Shown piece after piece: positions 1 through 17,090 of a DNA stretch of 64,000 nt. A program made the position numbers and the translations under genes. A model generated the notes under the pieces. The model was not told the DNA's origin. It worked only from the letters and a program-made list of their open reading frames with translations, and did no database searches. This stretch comes from Eledone cirrhosa (taxonomy: Eukaryota): the NCBI GenBank assembly GCA_964016885.1, contig OZ024742.1:321470001-321534000 (forward strand), given 5' to 3'. Position 1 is the first letter of the stretch, and every line of letters starts with the position of its first letter.

Positions 1-538
1 TTTCGGGTGTTAAGCTGGTGATTTGAGGGTAGTACACATCTTTAATCTTGTACTGAGTTACAGGTGGCTGGATTACGGCCATGCTACAGCTTTGTGTTGT
101 TTGTTTACTTGTTTGTTTGATTTTAGGAGAATTATTTTGTTTTTTAGTATCGATAAAGCATATTGTTTTCCAGTTTACAATTTTTCGGTATGTGATGAGT
201 TCATATGATGTCGGATGTATATATTTGTATAGTGTACATAATAGATATATGTATATATATATATTATACAGGCGTGTGTGTATGCATGTATGTATGTATA
301 TGCATGTGTATTTATATGTTTATACATATATATCTATATATATATGTATGTGTGTATCCATCTCCCTCTCTCTCTCTATATATATATATGTGTGTGGATC
401 TATCTATCTATCTCTATATATTCATTCCTATACACAGATATAATTTTTTTATAGTTTCAATCTACACATATGAAGAGTCCATTCATAATTCAATGTTCTT
501 ATTTATGTATTTAATATCATTTTAACTGTATACATGAC

Positions 539-570
<32 letters not shown>

Positions 571-582
571 CTCACACACGCG

Positions 583-926
<344 letters not shown>

Positions 927-930
927 GGAG

Positions 931-964
<34 letters not shown>

Positions 965-1363
965 GCATGTATGTGTATATATATAAATTCCGAAAGAGGG
1001 GGGGGGGGGGGCACATATGACTAAGACAATGGAAAAAGAATGGAAAAAACGACAGTCCCATCTCCTCACTGTTGCTCGACCCTGTGGAATATTGGCGAAT
1101 GTTCCTTCTTTCGGTAGCAATATTAATTAATGGCGATATGGTTCCTTGCCCCGCGTTCTATGCTTCCTCCATTCTGGACATAAGCCAAATTAACCTAGCT
1201 TTTCAAATCTCTTGATAGGGGCCCAATTCAAGTAGTGTAAACTGGAGCCAGCTGAGTATGGGACTTGCTTCACACTATTTCCAGAGGAACATTAGATAAC
1301 GTCCGGTGTAAAATAAGGCTTCTTTAAACCCTGAAAAATGACATTATTAGGATAACCGTTCTT

Positions 1364-1984
<621 letters not shown>

Positions 1985-1992
<8 letters not shown>

Positions 1993-2340
1993 GTGAGGTT
2001 TTTTTACAAAATGAAAAATAACCGAGGTGTCCTACACGAGTGAAAATATAAAGAAAAAAAGATGAAATCGAAAATGCAACTGGAGTCTTATTTTTTTTTT
2101 AAATATATATATTTATTTGGTTCCTTTACCGGTTTCGCAGTTCTTCTGCTTTTCAAAAGTAGAGTTGAGATGGAGGGTCTGTGGTTTTTCTCACATGAGA
2201 AAAACCACAGACCCTCCTTCTCAATTCTACTTTTGAAAAGCAGAACTGCGAAACCGGTAAAGGAACCAAATAAATATATATATTTAAAAAAAAAATAAGA
2301 CTCCAGTTGCATTTTCGATTTCATCTTTTTTTCTTTATAT
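1985..2340. mobile_element. Family B element (about 212 bp) as a head-to-head palindrome: full copy on - (1985-2195) plus truncated copy on + (2196-2340)
   Basis: Both arms match the + strand copies at 45324-45535 and 9737-9875; each arm contains the hammerhead-like motif. Confidence 0.9.
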
Positions 2341-2354
2341 ATATATATGTGTGT

Positions 2355-2417
<63 letters not shown>

Positions 2418-2468
2418 TGAAGAACGGTTATCTCAATAATGTCATTTTTCAGGGTTTAAAGAAACCTT

Positions 2469-2504
<36 letters not shown>

Positions 2505-2639
2505 TATATATATATATACATACATACATATATATACACACACATATATATATATATATGTATATGTATATATATACATACATATATATATATATATATA
2601 CATACATACATATACATACACACACACATACATACAAAT

Positions 2640-2676
<37 letters not shown>

Positions 2677-2687
2677 CATGCATACAT

Positions 2688-2763
<76 letters not shown>

Positions 2764-3025
2764 GCATGCATGTATATTTATGTATAGTTCACACTATACA
2801 CATGTATATGTTAAACTAACTTGCCGTCAAAACAAAATGGAGAACCAGACATCAAAACATAATACAATTGACAGCATGTTTAAACTTTGGTATATATTAT
2901 ATATAAACGCTGGTAAGTATTATTTTCCTATCTCAAATACAGCTTTATTTATCTGCGATATGTATCTCTGTCATATATTTATATATATATGTGTATATGT
3001 ATGTATATATGTATGTATGCATTTG

Positions 3026-3062
<37 letters not shown>

Positions 3063-3132
3063 ATATACTTTCTGCTGAAGGCATTCGTTGGCTTGGCTGC
3101 TGATCGAACTTCGAATATGCTGTACTATTGTA

Positions 3133-3163
<31 letters not shown>

Positions 3164-3193
3164 TGTGTGTCCGTCAACCCTTATTATTATATA

Positions 3194-3383
3194 GCGGTGG
3201 ATTGGCAGTATCGGTAGAGGGTCGGACGCCATGCTTTCCAGCATAGTTACGTCCCTTTACGATCTGAGTTCAAATCCCGCCGAGGTTGACTTTGCCTTTC
3301 ATCCTTACGGGGTCGATAAAATAAAGTACCAGTAATGCACTGGATAATTGCTGGCCTTGTTCCTAAAGTAGAAACAATTATTA
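3194..3383 (+). mobile_element. tRNA-derived SINE (Octopus-type)
   Basis: A-box-like 'tggcagtatcggtag', B-box 'gagttcaaatcc', core 'ttgcctttcatccttacggggtcgataaaataaagtaccag', (ATT)n tail. Confidence 0.9.
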
Positions 3384-3392
3384 TATATATAT

Positions 3393-3439
<47 letters not shown>

Positions 3440-3458
3440 TATATATATATTATATATA

Positions 3459-3652
3459 TAGGAGAAAGTATGACCCCGACGGCAGAGCTCAAGCCGTTTC
3501 GACGGCTATTTGAGTCCAGAAATAGCCGTCGAAACGGCTTGAGCTCTGCCGTCGGGGTCATACTTTCTCCTATTACCCACTCTACTACCCTAAGTATTGA
3601 GTACTCTGGTGCGTTATGGTCCATCTGGTTCCTTACCACATCTCCTCCGTTA
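3459..3652 (+). mobile_element. Family A, fold-back copy
   Basis: 3459-3510 is the reverse complement of 3521-3572; flanked by (TA)n on both sides. Confidence 0.9.
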
Positions 3653-3785
3653 TATATATATATAAACATACACATATATGTGTATATATATATATTTATA
3701 TATATATATATACATATATTTTAATATATACATATATATCTATCTATACATATATATGTATATGTTTCCGTGTATAAAGTATATC

Positions 3786-3837
<52 letters not shown>

Positions 3838-3845
3838 TATCGACC

Positions 3846-4332
3846 TGTAACTCCTGGGGGAGTCGTAGCAGCATTTCTATGGCATTTTTAAAAAACCTGG
3901 TGGAGCAGGTCTCCTTTCCCTGTCTGAACCAGAGTAGGATAAATAGTGGGAGAATGGAAGGGCGAAAGAGATATAGAGAAAGAATCGACCCCAGCAATAG
4001 ACTGGTACTTTTTCATCGACATTGAATGGATGAACGGCAATGTTATCCTCGGCGAAATTTGAACTAAAAGAGGAGATATCTGACACCACCCAGTACACAC
4101 TGTAAGGTGGTTTGTGTTAGGAAGAGCATCCAGAAGTAGAAAGCTTGTCGAAGAAGGGGTTAGAAGCACCCTTCAGTTTGTGTCAAAGGACACAACTACT
4201 CTATATGACCGTACGTAAGCGGAATACAGACCCCTCGGTCTGTCTGGGAGGGCAGAAGCCCTGCTTCAGTACTGACTTGGTCAATATAGACCTGTCCAAC
4301 CCTTGCAAGTAAGGAAAGCGGATGTTAAATGA

Positions 4333-4335
<3 letters not shown>
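3846..4335. mobile_element. Degraded SINE fragments (long-tailed SINE on -, second SINE family 3' part on +)
   Basis: 'aagaatcgaccccagcaatagactggtacttttt' matches the SINE core reversed; 'gttaggaagagcatccag...cggatgttaaatgatga' resembles another Octopus SINE tail. Confidence 0.55.
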
Positions 4336-4388
<53 letters not shown>

Positions 4389-4525
4389 GCGTCGGGAACC
4401 CAACAGCTGAGCGCTTGCCGTATCAACATCAAGTTCAGTATCGAGTACTCTGGTGAGTAGTGGTCTAAATGCATCCATTTTGATTTATATATATGTATAG
4501 GTAATTATGTATATACATATACGTG

Positions 4526-4556
<31 letters not shown>

Positions 4557-4999
4557 TATGTGCCTAATATTGTGTGGATTAAGATCCGTATAGCATGATC
4601 TCTGTTACGAAAGTTCGCTTGCACGAAGGGTTTTTTGGTGATACTGTAACGATTTTTGTACACTACAGATTATAGGGTCTTAATTTGTCTGGTAAGCCAG
4701 ATCTCGTCTGACACGAGCTTTTAAGGGCAGTTGTGGACTGTTTCGTGGAAGTGTTTCGTCCTATTACCACCAGTTTAGTGAATGGTTTTCAGTTTTTATT
4801 TTAATTAGGTATTTGTATTTTGTGTGGTATGTCTTTTGTCTAATTTAGGTTTTAATGTAAAGTTGTATGTGTGTGGGATAGTCTGTATTATAAGTATATA
4901 TACATACATAAATACATAATTGTAAGGTTATTTCAAATATATATTTAGATATGGACATCATTCTTTCTCTCTCTTTCTTTCTCTCTCTCTCTCTATGTA

Positions 5000-5103
<104 letters not shown>

Positions 5104-5367
5104 TGTATGTATATATGTATATATATATATACGTGAATAAGACTGTTATTGCTCCAAACAGTCCACAAAAACCTAAACCGGGCGACAACGTATACTCGGG
5201 AATTCTGCCAAGCCAAACCAACCCGTCTTCCCAAACTTGGCATACGTGACCCGACCGCAACATTCACCAAATGAGGAAGACAGAGGTTATCAAGCTACAG
5301 CTGTTATATTGCGATGTTTCTATATAAGGTATATATTATAAGCAAAACCCTATTTTATATGTATATA

Positions 5368-5505
<138 letters not shown>

Positions 5506-5539
5506 TACACAGATACACACATAAATATATATATATATT

Positions 5540-5570
<31 letters not shown>

Positions 5571-5571
5571 G

Positions 5572-5622
<51 letters not shown>

Positions 5623-5707
5623 GTGTGTGTGAGTGTGTGTGTGCCTGTGTGTCTATATATCAAATTAAAAAAAGGGAGTTAGAGACTCACATTAATGTAG
5701 CTATATA

Positions 5708-5759
<52 letters not shown>

Positions 5760-5781
5760 GGTGTTGGATGCTTAAAGCGTG

Positions 5782-5815
<34 letters not shown>

Positions 5816-5987
5816 ATATAAGTCTGTGTGCATGTGTATAGCTATGTATCTATCTTCCGCTATATACACATATACATACATATATACATATATGTATGTA
5901 TGTATGTATATATATATTTATATACACATACATATATACATTCATATATACGTATATGTATATGTGTATGTATGTATCTATCTATAT

Positions 5988-6082
<95 letters not shown>

Positions 6083-6364
6083 TAAGCAGCGAGACCTGTT
6101 ACTCGGGAGATTCACCACCCCACCCGCAGGTACACCAGATAATCTTGGCTGGTGATCCTATTGAGTGCGCAGATGAAACTACAAAGTAACAAGACTCACT
6201 ACTTTGCAATAGTGAATGAATAATTAAACTCTACTTCGGTATTGAGTACCCTTTTCTGCCGTCCATCAACCACATACGTATATGTATATATATATATATA
6301 TAACGGAGGAATTGTAGTAAGGAACCAGATGGACCATAACGCACCGTCGGGGTTCAACATTCTC

Positions 6365-6728
<364 letters not shown>

Positions 6729-6756
6729 GTGTGTATATATATATATATATATATAA

Positions 6757-6901
<145 letters not shown>

Positions 6902-7255
6902 TATATGTATGTATTTATATATGTATATATATATATATAATTATTATTCAGTTGATGAAAGATGGTTGATCAAATAATCTGCTGACGTTTTCGTAAAGAG
7001 ACATAAAGGGCTCAACGCTTTATATTCCTTAGAATACTGTAATGGTATCAAGCGGAGTTTTAATATAATAAATACTAGAGACGGTTTTATTCGTACTTCT
7101 TCATTTTATTGCATTATTCCATATTATAAAATGTACGAATAAAATCGTCCCTCTTATTTGTTGTATATATGAATATATATGGATGTATATATATATATAT
7201 ACGTGGGTATATATATATGTATATATATATGTATTTATATATATATTATATGTAA

Positions 7256-7306
<51 letters not shown>

Positions 7307-7350
7307 TATATATATATGCATGTATATATATATATGTGTATATATATATG

Positions 7351-7417
<67 letters not shown>

Positions 7418-7430
7418 GTATATATATATA

Positions 7431-7515
<85 letters not shown>

Positions 7516-7598
7516 ATATATATATATAAGGGTGTTATATATATATGTGTGTGTGTGTGTGTAGATATATATAAATATATATATATATATACGTGTGG

Positions 7599-7634
<36 letters not shown>

Positions 7635-7689
7635 GTATTTATATATATATATATATTATAAGTAAAGATATATATATATATATATATGC

Positions 7690-7733
<44 letters not shown>

Positions 7734-7789
7734 TTATGTATAGGTATATATATATATACATATATATATACATGTATATATATATATAT

Positions 7790-7823
<34 letters not shown>

Positions 7824-7975
7824 TTATATGTATATGTATATGTATATGTATATATATATATATAGATATATATACCACATAAGAAACGGAGAATCAGTTA
7901 AGAACCGGAGAATCTGTAAGAGGATCGAGTGCCCAAACGGCCTACCGCATACAGACGCTTTAAGCGTCCCACACC

Positions 7976-8046
<71 letters not shown>

Positions 8047-8129
8047 CACATAATATATATATTAATACATATAAATATACATATATATATACACACAAAC
8101 GTATATATATTTATGTATATATATATATA

Positions 8130-8179
<50 letters not shown>

Positions 8180-8239
8180 AATGAAAGTACAGCATATTCG
8201 AAATTCGAGCAACAGATATATATATATATATATATATAC

Positions 8240-8285
<46 letters not shown>

Positions 8286-8407
8286 GGTGTGGGATGCTTA
8301 AAGCGTCTGTATGCGGTAGGCCGTTTGGGCACTCGATCCTCTTACAGATTCTCCGGTTCTTAACTGATTCTCCGTTTCTTATGTGGTATATATATCTATA
8401 TATATAT

Positions 8408-8480
<73 letters not shown>
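7790..8480. repeat. Inverted duplication of family C element (7872-7980 / 8282-8387) together with flanking microsatellite
   Basis: 'cacataagaaacggagaatcagttaagaaccggagaatctgtaagaggatcgagtgcccaaacgg...' is mirrored with one mismatch; related sequence at 5755-5780, 11677-11727 and 18776-18833. Confidence 0.93.
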
Positions 8481-8481
<1 letters not shown>

Positions 8482-8614
8482 ATATATATATATACATATA
8501 TACATACATATATATATATACATGCATATTTACTTATTATATATATATTTAAATACATATATATATATACACATATATATATACACACACACCTATATCT
8601 ATATATATATATAT

Positions 8615-8748
8615 ACGTAGGTCCCGGGTTGAGTCGGGGATAACCACAGTAAGTAAGGTACTCAATACATGGCAGAGTAAAATTTTTTTTATTTTATAGA
8701 AGGAGCTTCTACAGGACTAGTACTGTTTCATTCAGATGAAATCTTCAT
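8615..8748 (-). mobile_element. Family G short element with hammerhead-like core
   Basis: Reverse complement matches 37984-38114 and 25421-25523: TGAAGA-TTTC-atct-GAAT-GAAA-cagtacta-gtcctgtag ... gtattgagtacc. Confidence 0.75.
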
Positions 8749-9348
8749 ATATATATATAAGGGTGTTATATATATATATATAACACCCTTATATATATAT
8801 ATAAAAACGAAGGGAGCCAAGGTTATAAAATTAAATCCATTTTTTTACAATATATACGTATGTTTCTATACAGGTGATAATAGTACATCCATATGTACTA
8901 CAACCAGAAACAGGTGTTTAACAATACATATACCACCTCACATATCAGGAATTATTAGAAAGGAGTGAATGTTACCAAATAGAAATGTTATTTATATGAG
9001 CAATATCAAGTGTTCTATATAAGGAAGCATGTAAAGATGAACGCCAGCGAAGCAGGTTAGAATTATAAACTTATAAATGATTTTATATTAAATGAATATT
9101 GTCTTAGGTTGAAGTACATCTTAATAATAATATTATTATTGTGTTTTGTAATTGTTAGAAGTATATTCATTGGTGGTAGTTAAATTATATACATACCAGA
9201 GTATACAGAGAAGAGTAAAATGGAGGAAGCGAAAATATTTCAGAGGCCTCTATTGTCATTAGTTTTCTCGTTAATAATGGTTATACTTTATGTAAGGATA
9301 TAAGTGAATATTACATTATAATCACTTATATATATATACATATATATG

Positions 9349-9464
<116 letters not shown>

Positions 9465-9562
9465 CATATATATAACTGTATATATAAGCATATATATATA
9501 TATATATATATATAAATATATATACATATATATTTATATATATATATATATATATATATGCT

Positions 9563-9630
<68 letters not shown>

Positions 9631-9635
9631 TATAT

Positions 9636-9698
<63 letters not shown>

Positions 9699-9704
9699 TG
9701 CATG

Positions 9705-9736
<32 letters not shown>

Positions 9737-9875
9737 ATGTGAGAAAAACCACAAACCCTCCGTCTCAACTCTACTTTTGAAAAGCAGAACTGCGAAACCG
9801 GTAAAGGAACCAAATAAATATATATATTTTTTTTAAATAAGACACCAGTTGCATTTTCGACTTCATCTTTTTTTC
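9737..9875 (+). mobile_element. Family B copy
   Basis: Near-identical to the 5' part of 45324-45535. Confidence 0.9.
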
Positions 9876-9887
9876 TATATATATATA

Positions 9888-10501
<614 letters not shown>

Positions 10502-10646
10502 ATGTATATGTGTATGTGTGTGTGTGTGTGTGTGTGTATACAGAGAGAGGTGGGGAGTGAGAATTATAGTATGTAATTACGTAATAAATTACATTCCCAC
10601 TCATATGATTATCATTATGGTTCATGATGTTTTTAAATAATAACTT

Positions 10647-10680
<34 letters not shown>

Positions 10681-10791
10681 CATATATATATAGATATATA
10701 CATACATATATGTATATATAAGCATATATATATAAGCATATATATATAAGCATTTATATATATGTATATATATATATATTTGTATATATAT

Positions 10792-10837
<46 letters not shown>

Positions 10838-11121
10838 GTGGATGGATACTTCAACAGGTACAATGTACTTGTAGAAATATTCAAGTTGTTTATAATACAT
10901 GTGGTTCAATGGCACTAATTCGAGATACCTAATTTATTCTCCTTACGTAGAGAACAAAACGTTGAATAATGCCGCTAATTTTAGTGGCAATTCGACATGT
11001 TTATAATATCCAGCTTTTATCAGCGACCTGATTTGCGTGTGTGTCACTTTAACGGCTTGACCGCATGCGTTGGGCAGGGAGCATAATATTTACTTGCTAT
11101 ACCTTATAGCGTGGAAATAGG

Positions 11122-11202
11122 GCTGTCTGAAGATTCATTTCTTTCCATTGGAAATTCGTTGGATTTCCAATCTTTTGGAATGATGAAACCGTCGGTAACA
11201 GC
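11122..11202 (+). ncRNA. Type I hammerhead ribozyme motif with extended stem II
   Basis: GCTGT-CTGAAGA-T TCATT..(ttggaaattc/ggatttccaa hairpin)..AATGA T-GAAA-CCGTCGG-TA|ACAGC; stem I GCTGT/ACAGC is perfect and all core nucleotides are present. Confidence 0.85.
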
Positions 11203-11460
11203 ATCTGAACAGGTGATTATTTAATCATTTTTTAATTTATTTAGAAAATTGTTTAATAACCGTTTGTTTCGCTACTTTTATATATATATATATATATATA
11301 TTATATACGTATATATGTATATATATATATATGTATTATATATCATATGTATTATACATATATTTATTTAAATATATATATATATGTGTGTGTGTATGCA
11401 TATATATCTATATATCTCTATCTCTCTCTATATATATATGTGTGTGGGTGTGTGTATATA

Positions 11461-11524
<64 letters not shown>

Positions 11525-11597
11525 TATATACACATATATATTACACATATATATATACTTATATATACATATATATATATATGTGTGTGTGTATGTG

Positions 11598-11677
<80 letters not shown>

Positions 11678-12322
11678 ATGCTTCCATAGGCGGTATGCCT
11701 GTTGAGCACTCTATGCTCTTACAGAGCAGAGTATGATAGAATAGAAAACGAAAAATCAGTGATGCATCTGAACTCAATTTATTGTGTGTTACAATTGTTT
11801 CGCCGGCGGACAGCTCGAGACGCGATCATTGACGGTACTTGCTCAGAGGGTCAGATACCCCAGTGAGAGAATATGCTCCGAAGTCATTAGATGTGTCCGA
11901 CGTGCACATATATATACAATCATTAATATATACATATAGATATATATGTATATAACTGTATATATAATCATACATAAATCTATTCAACGGTATCATTTTT
12001 CCGGTATTTCCTCATCAAGTTAAATTGCATTGAAAAACATAAAACAAGAACATATAGAATAATATCTGCAAAGCTAGCAAAAGGGCAGATTCCCACATGA
12101 GCAACCTAAAATAAGCCACTCTACCGTTATCCTATATATATATATATGCAATATATGTAACCATGCATGTATATATGCATGTATGCATGCGTGTATGTAT
12201 GTATATAGGCATATATATGCATATATATGTGTGAATACGCATATATATATATAAATATATTCATATATATATGTATATATATATATTTAAAAATATATTA
12301 TATATATACATATATATATACA

Positions 12323-12425
<103 letters not shown>

Positions 12426-12639
12426 TATATATATATTATATATATATATTATATATATATATACATACATATGCATATATGTATGTATATCCCTATACAT
12501 ATTTTTTGTTTCTTTGTGTATCTAAAAAATATTGTTCATAAACATACAATTGTTGCTTCCATACGTGTGTATATATATATATGTGTGTGTATGTGTGTGT
12601 GTGTGCATCAGTGTGTCTGTCTGCCTATGTGGACATACC

Positions 12640-12795
12640 ATTGGCAGTATCGGTAGAGGGTCGGACGCCATGCTTTGACGCATAGAGTTACGGCCCTTGC
12701 CATTCTGAGTTCAAATCCTTACGGGGTCGATAAAATAAAGTACCAGTAATGTACGAGGTAATTTCTGGCCTTGTGCCAATAGTAGAAACAATTAT
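12640..12795 (+). mobile_element. tRNA-derived SINE, internally deleted
   Basis: Same family as 3194-3383, missing the segment between two 'atcc' words. Confidence 0.88.
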
Positions 12796-12964
12796 TTTCT
12801 TGATGCATGTAGCTTTTAATATTATTTTAACTATTACCTATCTATCAGCGTCTGTTTCAGAGTCGTTACTGCTTGGCAAATGACTTAATCTGAGAATGTG
12901 TTAAAACTAAAGCAATTATATATATATATTTATTTATTTACACTGTATGTTAAAACTAATGTAG

Positions 12965-13107
<143 letters not shown>

Positions 13108-13129
13108 CATATATGTATGTATGTATGTA

Positions 13130-13196
<67 letters not shown>

Positions 13197-13204
13197 ATAC
13201 ATAC

Positions 13205-13238
<34 letters not shown>

Positions 13239-13419
13239 TGAGGAGTGTGTGTGCGTGTATATATATATGTTCAAAATTCTAAGAAAGTAATTGAGCTTAT
13301 CTCTTCTTACCAAAGCAAATAGTGAAGTGCTACACTATAATCTCTCACACACACATACATACACACATATGCCCACACACGCACACACACACACACGCGC
13401 GCGCGCGCGCGCGCGCATG

Positions 13420-13459
<40 letters not shown>

Positions 13460-13499
13460 CATATATACATACATGTATGGAGTTGGAGATTACACAGGT

Positions 13500-13801
13500 T
13501 TCACTTTTGACGTAAAATTCAATTTTTGATGTATTTTGAATGATTATGACATCCAAAAGAGTCGGAAGTTGGTAAAATATGATTATGTAATGGAGTTGAG
13601 TAACAAAAACTATATTGTAAACTACACTTAACGCATTTGAAATATTGAAATATTAAAACTTTATAAATATATTCTCCATGAGAATTTCAAAACCGCGCCA
13701 TCTAAACATGTGTTCAAAAGCTGCCATGACTTATTTGGATATTTGCCCATGTCTCAAACATAAAATTGGTTAGGTCGACTTATATTCGAGTATATACAGT
13801 A
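13500..13801. mobile_element. Terminal fragment of a Tc1/mariner-pogo (Tigger-like) DNA transposon
   Basis: Ends in 'ggtcgacttatattcgagtatatacag|ta', resembling a pogo/Tigger TIR with TA target; the other end was not found. Confidence 0.5.
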
Positions 13802-14131
13802 TATCCTGCATATCATCCCGTCACTATGTTTATCAATAATGATTTTTACATTTAACTTTTGCAAAACGTTATATGTTTATATACATATGTGTGTGCGTGC
13901 GTAAATAACTTTGATGACTTTTATACGTTTCAACCAGTATAAGCCCTGGCCATGTCTAACGCAATAGCGATACCGGTAAAATATGAACCAGGCTTGAAAA
14001 ATTAGTAGTGGGGTCGCTATATTGGACTAAAACAAAGGGACCCCAACGTGGTTTCAGTCTAATTGCTGAAACTATTAAAAGAATAAATGAATATTATAAG
14101 TGAGGTCGCTTCCGAGCTCTAATACCATATA

Positions 14132-14635
14132 TTACTGTACAATCTGTTGTACAGAAATGTATAGAAAAGTAGAAGAAAGGGCTATAAATGCCATAAACGA
14201 GAGGAAAGGAAAGGAAAAAGCAAGAACTATGAGACCACGCAAGAATGGGAGGGGGAAGGGGAGAGGGTGATAGGCTCTATCTCTGGGGTGCCGTGTTGTT
14301 TGAGCTGCGCTCCGCGAGAAAGCCCGCAAATATATTTCCGTGAACAAAAGCCAGCAGTACCCGCTGCAACAGCCACCCCAGCTCGCGAGGTTCCTTCCTC
14401 GGACTGCTGACCATCCGATTTTATAGAGGAGCTCAGCAGTATAGGGTCCGAGGACACCAGAGGTCCCGACTGCGACTGGTGTGAAGCAGCCGGACAATCC
14501 CCGATATTTACTTGTCTTCCTGTCTGTCCTCTGCATTCAGGGCTGCAGCACCGGGGTTTGTGGCTGAAGTGACTAAGTTGGAGTTGGTGAATTTGTCAAA
14601 GCATGTGGCATCCCAGATGAGGGCTTCCTATCACA
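14132..14635 (-). mobile_element. Degraded 3' end of a CRE-clade non-LTR retrotransposon (RLE domain)
   Basis: Minus-strand WDATCFD...PGAAALNAE and PVAVGTSGVLGP align with the RLE C-terminus of the ORF at 51033-52496; frameshifted. Confidence 0.8.
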
Positions 14636-14669
14636 ACGACCCTGCGACTCCGGTTGTGATGGGCTGCCA

Positions 14670-14831
14670 GCTGCATTCAGTTGATAAAAAAAAAATACCA
14701 GTCTAGTACTGGTGTCGATTCTTCCATCATATCTCGTACTACTCTGGAAGTAATCTTCTGTATACGGCGCTGCTACGACTCCATGAGAAGTTACGGCGCC
14801 ATATCATGCCCATATTTATATATATGTGTCT

Positions 14832-14917
<86 letters not shown>

Positions 14918-15230
14918 ATATATATAGAGAGAGGGGGTGAGAGAAAGAGGTAGTTAGCCATACCATATGGGTATGGTATGGATGGCTCCGTATCTTCTGA
15001 CGGAGTCGTAGGGGCGCCGTATCAACTTACCTCTCCAAGCCTAAATACAGCAGATTTCTTCCAGAGAAGGATAGGAAGCGAGAACGAGATATGATGGAAG
15101 AATCGACAGCAGTACTAAACTGGTATTTATTTTATCAACTTCAAAAGGATGAAAAGCAAAGTTGACCTTGACGGGATTTGACTTGAGACGCCAGAGAGTC
15201 GTTCTAACGACTTCGCTAATTCGTCGCCTT
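14670..15230. mobile_element. Two long-tailed SINE copies in opposite orientation
   Basis: 14700-14810 (+) mirrors 14970-15125 (-) with divergence; the same tail occurs at 32155-32330 and 39810-39940. Confidence 0.65.
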
Positions 15231-15266
15231 TATATACATATACATACACACACATGAACACACACA

Positions 15267-15352
<86 letters not shown>

Positions 15353-15359
<7 letters not shown>

Positions 15360-15477
15360 AAGTTAAATAAAAGTCAAATGATTAAAATTTAGCTTCGTTT
15401 ATTACTGCTTCGTTTATTACAGCAGTAATAAACGAAGCTAAATTTTAATCATTTGACTTTTATTTAACTTTATTTTA
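15353..15477. repeat. Near-perfect hairpin with about 60-bp arms
   Basis: 'taaaataaagttaaataaaagtcaaatgattaaaatttagcttcgtttattactgct' is followed by its reverse complement. Confidence 0.95.
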
Positions 15478-15572
15478 CACTACTCCGGAGTAACCAAACC
15501 AACCTGCGCACTTCGTCGAGTGCTCCAGCCTGCATACTGAGGTGTTGGTATACAACCAACATAAACTCAAAA

Positions 15573-15603
<31 letters not shown>

Positions 15604-15763
15604 GTTGCTCCAGCATGGCTTCGGCCTCTCGGCTGGAACACGTAATAGAGTAACACACAAATATGTATATATAATGATTCTATATTTAACCAAACCCAGT
15701 AAATTTATATTCTTCTGAATACTTTTGCTTGGAAATATATTCTTGATCTACTTTCAAATTTAA

Positions 15764-15950
15764 TAATAATTGTTTCTACTTTTGGCACAAGGCCAGCAAT
15801 TACCTTCACTGCATTACTGGTACTTTATTTTATCGACTCTGTAAGGATGAAAGACAAAATTAACCTCGACAGGATTTGAACTCAGAACGTAAAGGATCAT
15901 AACTCTATGCTACAAAGCATGATGTCTGATGCTCTACCGATATTGCCAAT
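15764..15950 (-). mobile_element. tRNA-derived SINE
   Basis: Reverse complement of the 3194-3383 family. Confidence 0.88.
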
Positions 15951-16443
15951 TCAAATTTAATAATAATATATATGTGTATGTGTGTGTATATATGTGTGTA
16001 TGTGTGTGTATATGTGTATGTGTGTCTATATGTGTGTGTGTGTGTTTGTGTGTGTATATGTGTGTATATGTGTGTGTATGTGTGTATGTGTGTATATATA
16101 TGTGTGTGTGTGTAAGTTGTTTCCTGTTTCTAGCTTTCCCAAACAGTTACACATATGTAAGTCCGTACTTGTTTTTTAGCGTGACAACACGTACTTTTAC
16201 ATTGCTCTGATATGATTCTTTTGTCTCAAAATGGGAAATCTCCTTGAAAATAAATCCTTTCTATATATATAGAAAACCTACATTAATCTATACACTGCAT
16301 GATATAAGAAAAAAAAAGAATGTAAATGAGTCAGTCATGAAATCTGACCAAGGAGACAATGTTTCCATTGGTCTTTCTGCTACTTATTCTATCTACTGTT
16401 TGGAACTGCTTATATAACAAGAATATTTAACACAGTATTCTGC

Positions 16444-16632
16444 AATAATTGTTTCTACTTTTGGCACAAGGCCAGCAATTACCCAGTGTATTACTGGTAC
16501 TTTATTTTATCGACCCCATAAGGATGAAAGGCAAAGTTAACCTCGGCGGGATTTGAACTCAGAATGGCAAGGGCCGTAACTCTATGCGTCAAAGCATGGC
16601 GTCCGACCCTCTACCGATACTGCCAATCCACA
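16444..16632 (-). mobile_element. tRNA-derived SINE
   Basis: Reverse complement of the 3194-3383 family. Confidence 0.9.
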
Positions 16633-16970
16633 ATAATCTGAGTACAATAGATTCCACAATGATTCCCACAACAGACTGCTTTTATTTAATTGTTTTTGCC
16701 GATTATACAACCCCCACCATAATGCCCCAAACCACCATAACTCCGACCGCACCACCATAACACCCACACCACCACACCACCACCACCACCATAACCCCCA
16801 CCCCCCACAACCACCTTCACAGAGAATAACAATCGGAAGAGAGAAATATTTATACTTAAAGATTGTATATGCAATAGTGAGCGCCTATTGAAATTGTTAT
16901 ACAATGAAAAAGAGAAATGGATATCCTATAGCGTGTATATACATACGTACCTACATACATACGTACCTAC

Positions 16971-17051
<81 letters not shown>

Positions 17052-17052
17052 C

Positions 17053-17090
<38 letters not shown>

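Noticed and set aside
2062-2324. Two near-identical 78-aa ORFs on opposite strands
   Set aside because: Consequence of the family B palindrome, not a gene pair.
2840-2920. ATG-containing stretch ending in ctg|gtaagt, a possible upstream exon
   Set aside because: No convincing acceptor or promoter nearby; a lone donor consensus is expected by chance.
3194-3290. tRNA-like A and B boxes here and in the other SINE copies
   Set aside because: No cloverleaf; always attached to the SINE core and tail, so not tRNA genes.
6085-6205. Possible hammerhead (GAAA-CTACAAAG-TA|ACAAGACTC)
   Set aside because: No recognisable CUGANGA box and stem I has mismatches.
11790-11900. Minus-strand CTAATGA...GAAA-CAATTG-TA as a long hammerhead
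   Set aside because: Stem I strands do not pair (gacacat vs acacac); only a 3' half is supportable.
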